From NCBI GenBank assembly GCA_045130275.1, contig JBGUPL010000013.1:3900-67899 (forward strand): DNA of 64,000 nucleotides, written 5' to 3'. The position numbers and the translations under genes were made by a program. Below are positions 56,991 to 64,000 of this stretch, piece by piece. The notes under the pieces are model-generated. The model made no database searches, had not been told where the DNA came from, and saw only the letters and a program-made list of their open reading frames with translations. Source of the DNA: Bacteroidales bacterium (GTDB lineage: Bacteria; Bacteroidota; Bacteroidia; Bacteroidales; WCHB1-69). Positions within the stretch are counted from its first letter, which is position 1, and each line of letters opens with the position of its first letter.

Positions 56991-57217
56991 GGGTTGTTGG
57001 TTAAGGGGGTTGAATTGAACCCGATTGGACTTGCAGTCAGTATCCGCTACTATTATTCACAATAAAAAAAGCAATAATATAGAAGTTGACCGGCTGTCTG
57101 TTTTGCAGTTAATACAGATTAGCACTTGTTATAGTTGAAAACATGGGCATTCCCGTTTCTTATAATGAGCTGACGCACAATATTTTCTTTGTCCGCACAG
57201 CCGGACCCCAAAAAGTT

Positions 57218-57415
57218 CCCCTTCTTTTTAAGAAGGGGTGGCCGCAGGCCGGGGTAGTAATATAAAGAATATGAATACCCTAGCAGAAAAATATAACCAT
57301 TACCCACACTATTGGAAACAAGGAAATCCCATCCGCAACCTTTATGCAAATATGGAATTATCATCCATATTAACTACCCCGCCCTTTGGGCACCCCTTCT
57401 GAGAATCAGAAGGGG
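57218..57415. repeat. Inverted-repeat (MITE-like) element of about 198 bp: 41-43-bp arms flanking an AT-rich core of about 114 bp
   Basis: Left arm CCCCTTCTTTTTAAGAAGGGGTGGCCGCAGGCCGGGGTAGT (57218-57258). The reverse complement of the right arm (57373-57415) is CCCCTTCTGATTCTCAGAAGGGGTGCCCAAAGGGCGGGGTAGT. Each arm also contains its own CCCCTTC/GAAGGGG hairpin. Confidence 0.75.
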
Positions 57416-57513
57416 AATTGGCGCCTCGTGGCACGGAAGTGCCACCGTATGATGGGAGAGGTTGTCGTCCCGGTCTTATTTGTCTTTTTGGGTCAACATC
57501 TATATCATTGCCA

Positions 57514-57547
57514 TAAAAAAAGCCCGACCATGATGTCGGGCTTTTTT
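57514..57547. terminator. Bidirectional rho-independent terminator
   Basis: A7 run, then stem agcccgac / gtcgggct, then a T6 run. It lies between convergent genes. Confidence 0.8.
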
Positions 57548-57572
57548 ATATCAATAACGAAATAAAGGGGTC

Positions 57573-59297
57573 TTACTTCTTGACGATCTTGTGCATGGAG
57601 GTTCCATTATCGGTCGTCAGTTTCAAGGTATAGACACCGTTGGCAAGACTCTTCAGGGAGATGCTGTTCACGTCGCCGGACTCAGCCTTCACCATTTGAC
57701 CCTGCATGTTGAAGATTTCAACACGTTGGACATTCGAGGTGGAATTGATGTTGATCATATCCGTGGCAGGGTTAGGATAGATAACCGTCACGCTTTCAAG
57801 CGTCTCAACACCAGCAGGATAGGTCACATTGATCATATAGGTTGCCTGGCTACCGAACTTACCATTGTCTCTGAAAATCTGGGTGCCGTCCTCAGCATTA
57901 AGTTTGAAAAAGCCGAGACCGTAATTGGTGTTAATACCATCACCATATTCGTCATAGACTTCCAAACGATAGCAACCGGTGGTGGTAGGACGGAACGGGT
58001 ATTCATACGTGTGGGAGCCGGACAGTTCATGGCCTTCGCCACCGTCGGAAAGAACCACTTCGCCATTAGGATCAAAGAACTTAAAGGAAGTTTCATCACC
58101 GTATTGGTCAGTTCTGAGGGTGAAGGTCATTCTACCACCGCCCTCATAAGCATTCTTCTTGAAGGTCAAGGATTTGGGGAGAATAGTGATGCTTTCATCG
58201 TTAATCTTAGTGATTTGGATAGTCAACGTGTTATCCACACCATTCAAGATGGTCAATTCAGGAAGATTGATGATATCCTCGTGCATTGAAGGAATGCTTC
58301 CATTCCACGTGTTCGTATAGGTTGTTCCATTCAACGTGTAAGTATAAGTGACTGATGTCACCGTTTGAGCGCCCATGTTTTTGAATTTGAAATAGGCATT
58401 CGTATAATTGTCGCAAGAGGTGTTCGGGACCTCAACAACCTTGATCAGACGTCCGTCAAGAGGAGTGGTGACATTGAGGTGTTCGATCGGAACCTCAATA
58501 CCGGTGAGAACTTCCTGGTGACCTTCACAAACGAAAGCGATGAAAGAGAGATTCGACAAGACCGCATCGATAGGATTGGGCGTACCGAGCTGTGCAGGAA
58601 TCACGTACTCGTAGTTTTTCTCCACCAGTGTTCCAGGAGTGATATTGTCGATTGTCTCGCCCCATTGTCCGGTAATCAGATGGCGAAGCATATGCATGTG
58701 GCAGTATTGGTTGCCCACCATTTGGTCAGGATTCCACGTGGCACCGCCCGTTTGAGAACCCATCACATAGTCTTGGATGATGGCAACGTTCAACGCATTG
58801 GTCGAAACCGTTTGTGTGCCAGTGTAGTACAGTTGGACACGAATGTTCAATGTACGTGTAGCCCAATCCAGGGTGCCTTCAGCAGCGATGTTGACCGGGG
58901 AGGCCATTCCCATGATGGTATTGGCAGCAGCAGCCCATTGATTTCTGCTAAGCTCAGTAACGCCACCACTGAAAACATGACGGTTAACAGTACCGGCGGG
59001 GTAGCCAGTCAAACCCGTCTGGTCGGCCAGAGCAGTACCGAATGCGGTGGTATAGTTATTGTCTGCATAGTAACCTTCATGCACATTGATGATGTTCACT
59101 CTTTCGGGATACGCATCTTTGAGCTCATTGGCTCTCTTGTGTCCATCAGGACAATATTGGCAATAAATACCCGTGTACTCCTCGAGAAGCACATTGCGGT
59201 TGGAAGGGGTCAAAGACACAATCGTGTCAGTAACTTGCGCGGAAGTGACCAGGCTGGTCAGCAACGCAGCAACTAAAATAAGTAACGTTTTCTTCAT
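57573..59297 (-). CDS. Omp28-related/thioredoxin-fold-like secreted protein with a T9SS type A C-terminal sorting domain
   Basis: The start is set at MKKTLLILVAALLTSLVTSA|Q. An EEYTGIYCQYCPDGH motif is present. The C-terminus VIYPNPATDMININ...GVYTLKL...HKIVKK is a type A CTD. Confidence 0.6.
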   Translation of the reverse strand: MKKTLLILVAALLTSLVTSAQVTDTIVSLTPSNRNVLLEEYTGIYCQYCPDGHKRANELKDAYPERVNIINVHEGYYADNNYTTAFGTALADQTGLTGYPAGTVNRHVFSGGVTELSRNQWAAAANTIMGMASPVNIAAEGTLDWATRTLNIRVQLYYTGTQTVSTNALNVAIIQDYVMGSQTGGATWNPDQMVGNQYCHMHMLRHLITGQWGETIDNITPGTLVEKNYEYVIPAQLGTPNPIDAVLSNLSFIAFVCEGHQEVLTGIEVPIEHLNVTTPLDGRLIKVVEVPNTSCDNYTNAYFKFKNMGAQTVTSVTYTYTLNGTTYTNTWNGSIPSMHEDIINLPELTILNGVDNTLTIQITKINDESITILPKSLTFKKNAYEGGGRMTFTLRTDQYGDETSFKFFDPNGEVVLSDGGEGHELSGSHTYEYPFRPTTTGCYRLEVYDEYGDGINTNYGLGFFKLNAEDGTQIFRDNGKFGSQATYMINVTYPAGVETLESVTVIYPNPATDMININSTSNVQRVEIFNMQGQMVKAESGDVNSISLKSLANGVYTLKLTTDNGTSMHKIVKK

Positions 59298-59344
59298 ACT
59301 TTTGATTAATTTTATGTGAATACTACTTTCAAAAATCAAACCTG

Positions 59345-59352
59345 CAAAAATA
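59345..59352 (-). promoter_or_regulatory. Candidate -7 box (TATTTTTG) for the Omp28-like gene
   Basis: Plus strand caaaaata, 48 nt upstream of ATG 59297. Confidence 0.5.
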
Positions 59353-59393
59353 CATTTTTGTTTCAAAAAATCAAGTCGAACTACAAATATATT

Positions 59394-60665
59394 TTATTTC
59401 AATATCATTTGGACAGTGTGACGATTGCTCTGTCGAATTAGAACTTCTTCATTTGCAAACATTTCCAAAACATTTTTTTCAGAATTCTCATCGTAATGGC
59501 GGATGGTCACCAACCGGATCCCGTCATTGAATTTGACGATGAATTCCTCTTGCAACGCCTCGATGCAGGGCTGGAGGCGCAACGGCACATTGTCGGTGCA
59601 GACCGAGAAAGTGAGTGCAGAATTCTGGATCAGGTTGATTTTCACGCGGTACTTCGCCAAAATATCCAATATTATGGAAAGATTTTCGACTCCGATGATT
59701 GAGAAATCGCGTGGCGAGACGGAAAGCAGAAGCTGATTGTCCTTCACGATATAGGAAGGGACTTCCACAGAATCAGCCTCTTGTGTAATCATGCTACCCT
59801 CGTTTTCCGGATGGAAGAAGGATTTTACGAACAAGGGTATCTGTTTGTTATGCAGCGGTTTAAGGGTTTTGGGATGGATGACGCTCGCACCGTAGTACGC
59901 CAACTCAACAGTCTCGTGGTACGTCAACTTGTCGATTTTGACGGCATTTGCAAAACGTTTCGGATCGGCATTGAGGATGCCGGGAACATCTTTCCATACT
60001 GTAACGCTCTCTGCATCAAGCGTATGCGCAAGAATAGCGGCGGAATAATCGGATCCCTCGCGACCAAGCGTGGTGGTCTGGTTCTCTGCTGTGCCGGCAA
60101 TAAAGCCCTGCGTCAGCACAATGCCATGGGTACGATTCTGGAAGTAGGGATTGATGGTGTTGCAGACCAACTTTTGCGTCACTGTCCAATCAACATGCCC
60201 TTCGCGGTAGGTGTTGTCGGTGCGCACCAGCAGACGAGCATCAATCCATTGCGTATCAAGACCTTGCGCATTCAGATAGGTGGCAATCAATGTGGTGGAG
60301 AGCAGCTCGCCGAAACTCACGATGCGGTCGTAATCGTAGTCGAAGTTGTCGGACGTGGGACGCTGCAACTGCTCGTTCAGCAACGTGAAGAGGCGATCGG
60401 AGTGCGGCAGGAAGGGGTTGTTCGCGCCCATAAGTTGTTCGGCCACAGCCTCGTGATTCGTGCGCAACTCCGCAAGCAAAGCAGGCACGTTCTCAGGGGC
60501 ATGGTAATAGGCATCCAACAACTTCTCCATGAAGTTGGTGGTCTTGCCCATAGCGGAAATCACCACCACAAGTTGCTCATTCTCATAGCGTTGAAGAATG
60601 GATTTTAAGTTCTCGATGGCTGGGGCGTCCTTCACGGAGGCGCCGCCGAATTTAAATACTTTCAT
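59394..60665 (-). CDS. Aspartate kinase
   Basis: 423 aa starting MKVFKFGGASV, with an amino-acid kinase fold and C-terminal ACT-like repeats. Confidence 0.85.
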   Translation of the reverse strand: MKVFKFGGASVKDAPAIENLKSILQRYENEQLVVVISAMGKTTNFMEKLLDAYYHAPENVPALLAELRTNHEAVAEQLMGANNPFLPHSDRLFTLLNEQLQRPTSDNFDYDYDRIVSFGELLSTTLIATYLNAQGLDTQWIDARLLVRTDNTYREGHVDWTVTQKLVCNTINPYFQNRTHGIVLTQGFIAGTAENQTTTLGREGSDYSAAILAHTLDAESVTVWKDVPGILNADPKRFANAVKIDKLTYHETVELAYYGASVIHPKTLKPLHNKQIPLFVKSFFHPENEGSMITQEADSVEVPSYIVKDNQLLLSVSPRDFSIIGVENLSIILDILAKYRVKINLIQNSALTFSVCTDNVPLRLQPCIEALQEEFIVKFNDGIRLVTIRHYDENSEKNVLEMFANEEVLIRQSNRHTVQMILK

Positions 60666-60673
60666 AGTTCAAG

Positions 60674-61657
60674 TTATTCATTTTTAAGGACTTGCAATAA
60701 AGTTGTGCCCACCACGCCGAGGGTGTTCTTATCGATATGCTGGATGTTGTCGTCGAGCGTGTGCCACACCGGGTCGAAGCCGGTGCCGGAGACCGCGTCA
60801 TAGTGGATGATGTCGATCATCTTGAAGGATGCATACTTGTTGACATAATAGTGGTCGTCGGTGATCACACCACCGGGACGGTTTTGGAAATGCTGGCCGT
60901 GACCGAGTTCGTAGGCTGTGGACCACACTTTACGCACCACATCCTGAGCATCGCGGAGGGAAAACTGTTCCTGCATGAACTGTGCATTCGGACTGCCCAC
61001 CATATCCAGCAGGATACCGAAATCGGCCGTATAATCTTGGATATGAGGGTTTTTCGCCCAATACTGGGCACCAAGTCCCCACCATTCGCCGGGAACATCC
61101 TCGCTCTCCTTCGGGCCGTAGTCCTCTGCGTCGAAGAAGACGATATCGACACCCACATCCGGACGGGCTGCATGCAGCTGGCGGGCTACTTCGAGGAGAA
61201 CGCCCACGCCGCTGGCCCCGTCATTGGCCCCGTCAATTGCCTTGTCGCGGTTAGCGGGATTGGGATCGTGGTCGGCAAAAGGACGGGCATCCCAGTGAGC
61301 TGCCAGTACAACACGTTTGGTTTTCTCCGGCCCGAAACTGCCAATGAGGTTGGCGCAGGGCCACGATTTCCCATCGTAGGTCCTGGCCGTAAACGACTGA
61401 TTATAAACAGTGTCGCAATACTCGCGCAGCTTGCCGAGCAGCCAGACACGGCAATTCTCATGCGCTTCCGTGCCTAACACGCGCGGTCCGAAATCGGTCT
61501 GCGCCTTTACAAAAGCGTATGCAGAGTCATTGTCGAATGCCGGCAAGGCAACAACAGGTTGGGAGTTATCCTTTGGGGTTTTCTTGGTGCGGTCACAAGC
61601 TGTGAACAGAACAACCGCAATCATCAGCAGTATAAATATTGACCTGATTTTCAACAT
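60674..61657 (-). CDS. M28-fold protein, probably glutaminyl-peptide cyclotransferase
   Basis: 327 aa with a lipoprotein-like signal (...VLFTAC). Motifs AAHWDARPFADHD, DGASGVGVLLE and FFDAEDYG fit the metal-site pattern of M28/animal-type QC. Confidence 0.6.
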   Translation of the reverse strand: MLKIRSIFILLMIAVVLFTACDRTKKTPKDNSQPVVALPAFDNDSAYAFVKAQTDFGPRVLGTEAHENCRVWLLGKLREYCDTVYNQSFTARTYDGKSWPCANLIGSFGPEKTKRVVLAAHWDARPFADHDPNPANRDKAIDGANDGASGVGVLLEVARQLHAARPDVGVDIVFFDAEDYGPKESEDVPGEWWGLGAQYWAKNPHIQDYTADFGILLDMVGSPNAQFMQEQFSLRDAQDVVRKVWSTAYELGHGQHFQNRPGGVITDDHYYVNKYASFKMIDIIHYDAVSGTGFDPVWHTLDDNIQHIDKNTLGVVGTTLLQVLKNE

Positions 61658-61710
61658 ATTAAAATAGACTACTAAGGTTTTTCAATGTTTAAAAAAAGAC
61701 GGGCGAAGAT

Positions 61711-61748
61711 ACAAAAAAAGATGGCTGAATCGTCAGTCATCTTTTTTC
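61711..61748 (-). terminator. Terminator downstream of tRNA(CAT)
   Basis: Stem aagatggctg / cagtcatctt (one mismatch), flanked by A and T runs. Confidence 0.6.
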
Positions 61749-61750
61749 TG

Positions 61751-61824
61751 TGGCGGGATCGAGAGTTGAACTCGAGACCTCCGGGTTATGAATCCGACGC
61801 TCTAACCAACTGAGCTACCCCGCC
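61751..61824 (-). tRNA. tRNA with CAT anticodon (Met, or Ile2 if lysidine-modified)
   Basis: The reverse complement folds as acceptor GGCGGGG/TCCCGCC, D arm GCTC-AGTTGGTTA-GAGC, anticodon loop TTCATAA and T arm TCGAG-TTCAACT-CTCGA. Confidence 0.9.
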
Positions 61825-61836
61825 TTTTTGAGGCTG

Positions 61837-61844
61837 CAAAAATA
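61837..61844 (-). promoter_or_regulatory. Candidate -7 box (TATTTTTG) for tRNA(CAT)
   Basis: Plus strand caaaaata, 13 nt upstream of the tRNA 5' end. Confidence 0.55.
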
Positions 61845-62026
61845 CACTTTTTTTGGATTGTGCAACGGATGTTTGAAAATTTTATATAAAATTTTGACAA
61901 TCAATATGATACGTAATACTCAAAGGCAATAATCGGTGACTTGAAGATGAAGAAACGAAAAGATTTTGAGCGTTTCTGTCCCGAAAAGAACCACAGAGAT
62001 GCAAAATATCGTGTCTCCATTTTGTT

Positions 62027-62566
62027 TTATCGCTGCTTGACAATCCTCCACTCGCCTGGCTGGAGATCTCCCATGCTAAGCTCGCCGATCTGGACGCGGA
62101 TGAGCCGCAGCGTGGGGAAACCGACGGCGGCGGTCATGTGGCGCACCTGGCGGTTCTTGCCCTCGGTGAGGGTGAGGCGCACCCAGCTGGTGGGGATATT
62201 GGCGCGATAGCGGATCGGGGGCACGCGCTCCCAGAGGTTCTCGGGTGGCAGTGCTCGCTCGGCCTTGCAGGGACGGGTGCGATAACCTTTGATGACGACC
62301 CCTTTCCTTAGTTTTTGCAAGGCCTCGTCGGTGATTTCGCCATCCACTTGGGCAAGGTAGGCGCGCGGGTGGGCGTTCTTCGGGTCCAGCAACCGCTTCA
62401 CCAGCCGTCCGTCGTCGGTCAGCAGCAGGGCGCCCTCGCTGTCGTGGTCGAGCCGTCCCGCGGCATAGACGCCGGGCGGGAATCCGAACTCGTTGAGGGC
62501 GGGATGTCCCGCCTCTGGGGTGAACTGGCTCAGCACGCCATAGGGTTTGTTGAAGAGGATGAGCAT
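62027..62566 (-). CDS. Pseudouridine synthase, RsuA/RluE family
   Basis: The start is set at [15 protein letters not shown]. The catalytic motif [15 protein letters not shown] is present, and the C-terminus has GKNRQVRHM. Confidence 0.8.
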   Translation of the reverse strand: MLILFNKPYGVLSQFTPEAGHPALNEFGFPPGVYAAGRLDHDSEGALLLTDDGRLVKRLLDPKNAHPRAYLAQVDGEITDEALQKLRKGVVIKGYRTRPCKAERALPPENLWERVPPIRYRANIPTSWVRLTLTEGKNRQVRHMTAAVGFPTLRLIRVQIGELSMGDLQPGEWRIVKQR

Positions 62567-62586
62567 GGGTGGTTCTTTTTGGGTGG

Positions 62587-62594
62587 CAAAGATA
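62587..62594 (-). promoter_or_regulatory. Candidate -7 box (TATCTTTG) for the pseudouridine synthase gene
   Basis: Plus strand caaagata, 21 nt upstream of ATG 62566. Confidence 0.5.
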
Positions 62595-62620
62595 GGATTT
62601 TTCGGAGAATGTGTTGCTTT

Positions 62621-62656
62621 AAACAAACGTAGAGACGTTTCATGAAACGTCTCTAC
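62621..62656 (-). terminator. Terminator hairpin following the tRNA 3' fragment
   Basis: Perfect palindrome gtagagacgtttcatgaaacgtctctac, followed on the minus strand by gtttgttt. The stem sequence GTAGAGACG is the same as in the tRNA-Pro terminator. Confidence 0.65.
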
Positions 62657-62664
62657 AACTTCTG

Positions 62665-62700
62665 CGGAGAGAGAGGGATTCGAACCCCCGGTTAAATCGC
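62665..62700 (-). pseudogene. Isolated 3' fragment of a tRNA (Ser-like acceptor end): T arm plus acceptor 3' strand only
   Basis: The reverse complement reads ...CCGGGGGTTCGAATCCCTCTCTCTCCG. This gives a T loop TTCGAAT, a T stem, and an acceptor strand TCTCTCC complementary to GGAGAGA. The sequence further 5' (higher coordinates) has no D or anticodon arm. Confidence 0.6.
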
Positions 62701-62997
62701 CCTCTCATTTTTACTCATACAACAATCACAATTACTTGATTGTTAATAATTTATATTTTTTACTTTTAGTCAAATTTGCATTGCTTTGTCTCATTTCTGT
62801 CTCAGTACAAAGCAATAAAAATAACTGATTTTCAATCAGTTATCAGCATATTGATTTCGCCGTTTTTGCAGAGCGAAAGCGGCATTTTAGTTTTGTCGTT
62901 TCAAAGAGCACTGAAAAAAAATTTTTCCCAGTTGATATTTGTATTTATAAATTAAGTATCTTGCACCCAGCAAGTTACAACAAAAAATTGCTGCAAA

Positions 62998-63043
62998 TTT
63001 TGCTGCAATTTTTTGCTACAAATTTTGCTGCAAAAATACATAG
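62998..63043 (+). repeat. Four direct copies of TTGCTGCAA (one is TTGCTACAA) at 12-13-nt spacing
   Basis: Copies at 62998, 63010, 63023 and 63035. Each has palindromic arms TTGC/GCAA. Confidence 0.85.
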
Positions 63044-63076
63044 TTTTTTGGAATTAACATTTTAAATTCCAACCTT

Positions 63077-63391
63077 ATGGTAAAAAAAAATTTTGTGCTC
63101 ACAGAGCAGGCACTGAACGTGCTAAAAAGACCTGATGTAAAACCGATGCTTATGGTGTTTTTTAGGGTAAGAGACGCCAGAACCATTGATTCGTACATTG
63201 CAAACAACGTCCCGTATGGTCCGTTGATGAACCTCCATGTCAAGGAACTGATACAGTTCCTTGTACCCGATTTGCCCGAAAAGTCAATCTACCGCAGGCT
63301 GACACCGGAAGAGGAGGACGCGCTAAACAGAACCATGCCGGAATACAAGCAAAGAAAACGCCAAAATGAACAAGATGGAGAAAACCATTAA
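63077..63391 (+). CDS. Hypothetical protein (104 aa)
   Basis: ORF only; it overlaps the next gene by 26 nt. No motif recognised. Confidence 0.45.
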   Translation: MVKKNFVLTEQALNVLKRPDVKPMLMVFFRVRDARTIDSYIANNVPYGPLMNLHVKELIQFLVPDLPEKSIYRRLTPEEEDALNRTMPEYKQRKRQNEQDGENH

Positions 63392-63584
63392 ACAGGTGAT
63401 GAAGCACCTGCTATTACTGTCCGGCTACCTTGTTATCCTCAAGATTTTCGGATGGCTGACAAAAGGATGGCTGTTCGCTCTCGCCCCGCTGCTGGTAGTG
63501 GCGGCGGCGAGGCTTGCGGCCTTCACCGTATTACTCACACAATATATTATAGAGAAGCATGGGAGCAAGAAAGGCAATCAGTAA
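63366..63584 (+). CDS. Small two-TM protein, holin-like by architecture
   Basis: 72 aa with TM segments HLLLLSGYLVILKIFGWL and WLFALAPLLVVAAARLAAFTVLL and a charged C-terminus. It lies two genes upstream of an amidase. Confidence 0.45.
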   Translation: MNKMEKTIKQVMKHLLLLSGYLVILKIFGWLTKGWLFALAPLLVVAAARLAAFTVLLTQYIIEKHGSKKGNQ

Positions 63585-63792
63585 GGAGCTGCGGCGGTTC
63601 CTGCCGCACGGTTACGGGCAGGTGCTGGCCGACGAGTTCGGCTGCAGCGTCAGCAAGGTATATCACGTGGTGACGGGCCAGCTGACAGACTACCGCATCC
63701 TGGAAGCCCTGCTCGACATCATAGAGAGGAACGCCGCCCTCGAAAGACGGCTTGAACGGCGCACCAAAACCACCAAAACCAAGGAGCAATGA
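63559..63792 (+). CDS. Hypothetical small basic protein (77 aa), possibly DNA-binding
   Basis: ORF only. A helix-rich region is followed by a basic tail; there is an ATGA overlap with the amidase gene. Confidence 0.4.
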   Translation: MGARKAISKELRRFLPHGYGQVLADEFGCSVSKVYHVVTGQLTDYRILEALLDIIERNAALERRLERRTKTTKTKEQ

Positions 63793-64000
63793 TCAAGATA
63801 TACAAGGACTGGAACTTCCCCGACACGCAGTATGTCCGGGAAGAGACCGCAAAGAGACAGATTGTGCTGCACCACACCGTTTCCGGCGACAGCGTGAACG
63901 GGGACATGTCGTGGTGGTTGCACACCACGGAGCGGGTGGCCACCTCCTACGTCATCAGCCGCGAGGGACATCTGCACCGATGCTTCGACGACAAGTACTG
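63789..64000 (+). CDS. N-acetylmuramoyl-L-alanine amidase (Amidase_2/PGRP-type), N-terminal part; the gene runs off the window
   Basis: My own translation from ATG 63789 is MIKIYKDWNFPDTQYVREETAKRQIVLHHTVSGDS...ERVATSYVISREGHLHRCFDDKY. The IVLHHT and SYVISREG.L motifs fit the zinc amidase fold. It is not in the ORF track because no stop falls within the window. Confidence 0.6.
   Translation, partial: MIKIYKDWNFPDTQYVREETAKRQIVLHHTVSGDSVNGDMSWWLHTTERVATSYVISREGHLHRCFDDKY

Larger units (their letters stand above)
62665..64000. mobile_element. Putative end of an integrated phage-like or integrative element, continuing beyond the window
   Basis: A displaced tRNA 3' fragment is followed by an AT-rich hairpin- and iteron-rich region, then four tightly overlapping small genes ending in a cell-wall amidase. 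Confidence 0.4.

Noticed and set aside
57218-57415. The inverted-repeat element was considered as an invertible promoter (inverton) of the kind that controls surface genes in Bacteroidales.
   Set aside because: I find no TAnnTTTG box in either orientation within the core at about 57259-57372. Both flanking genes converge on the region, so there is nothing downstream to drive. The 81-aa ORF 57119-57364 spans one arm and looks spurious.

Overview
This 64-kb window looks like a chromosomal segment of a Bacteroidota genome, probably Bacteroidales. Supporting signs are TAnnTTTG-type -7 promoter boxes, five proteins with T9SS C-terminal sorting domains, signal peptides followed by Gln, and a dcw cluster in Bacteroidales gene order. 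All homology calls come from motifs read by eye; no database search was possible. From left to right the window contains: (1) the 3' end of lpxC. (2) A minus-strand accessory operon, STAS - Sfp-type PPTase - outer-membrane barrel - bimodular NRPS (C-A-T-C-A-T-R, 2422 aa), sitting directly behind a Cache/PP2C/HATPase sensor gene. (3) An ABC-F ATPase. (4) A dcw block, mraZ-rsmH-ftsL-ftsI-murE-mraY-[185-aa MurD C-terminal relic]-ftsW, that stops after ftsW. (5) hflX. (6) A radical-SAM / DUF4130 DNA-repair pair split by an AT-rich single-gene cassette flanked by near-identical palindromes. (7) An unknown secreted protein, then sbcCD. (8) gmk, an FAD oxidoreductase, purL, a DUF151-type nuclease and recQ. 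(9) T9SS cargo genes, dus, tRNA-Pro, a MORN lipoprotein, an OstA-like protein, uvrC, an M14 carboxypeptidase, an Omp28-like protein, aspartate kinase and an M28/glutaminyl-cyclase-like protein. (10) tRNA(CAT) and a pseudouridine synthase. (11) At the right edge, a displaced tRNA 3' fragment followed by tightly packed phage-like genes (2TM holin-like protein, amidase), which suggests the end of an integrated element. Three observations stand out. First, a partner-switching module appears wired to the NRPS operon. Second, a single-gene cassette has been inserted at a palindrome. Third, 6-8-nt tandem arrays fill many of the gene junctions and also occur inside the NRPS linker and at the sensor gene's stop codon.
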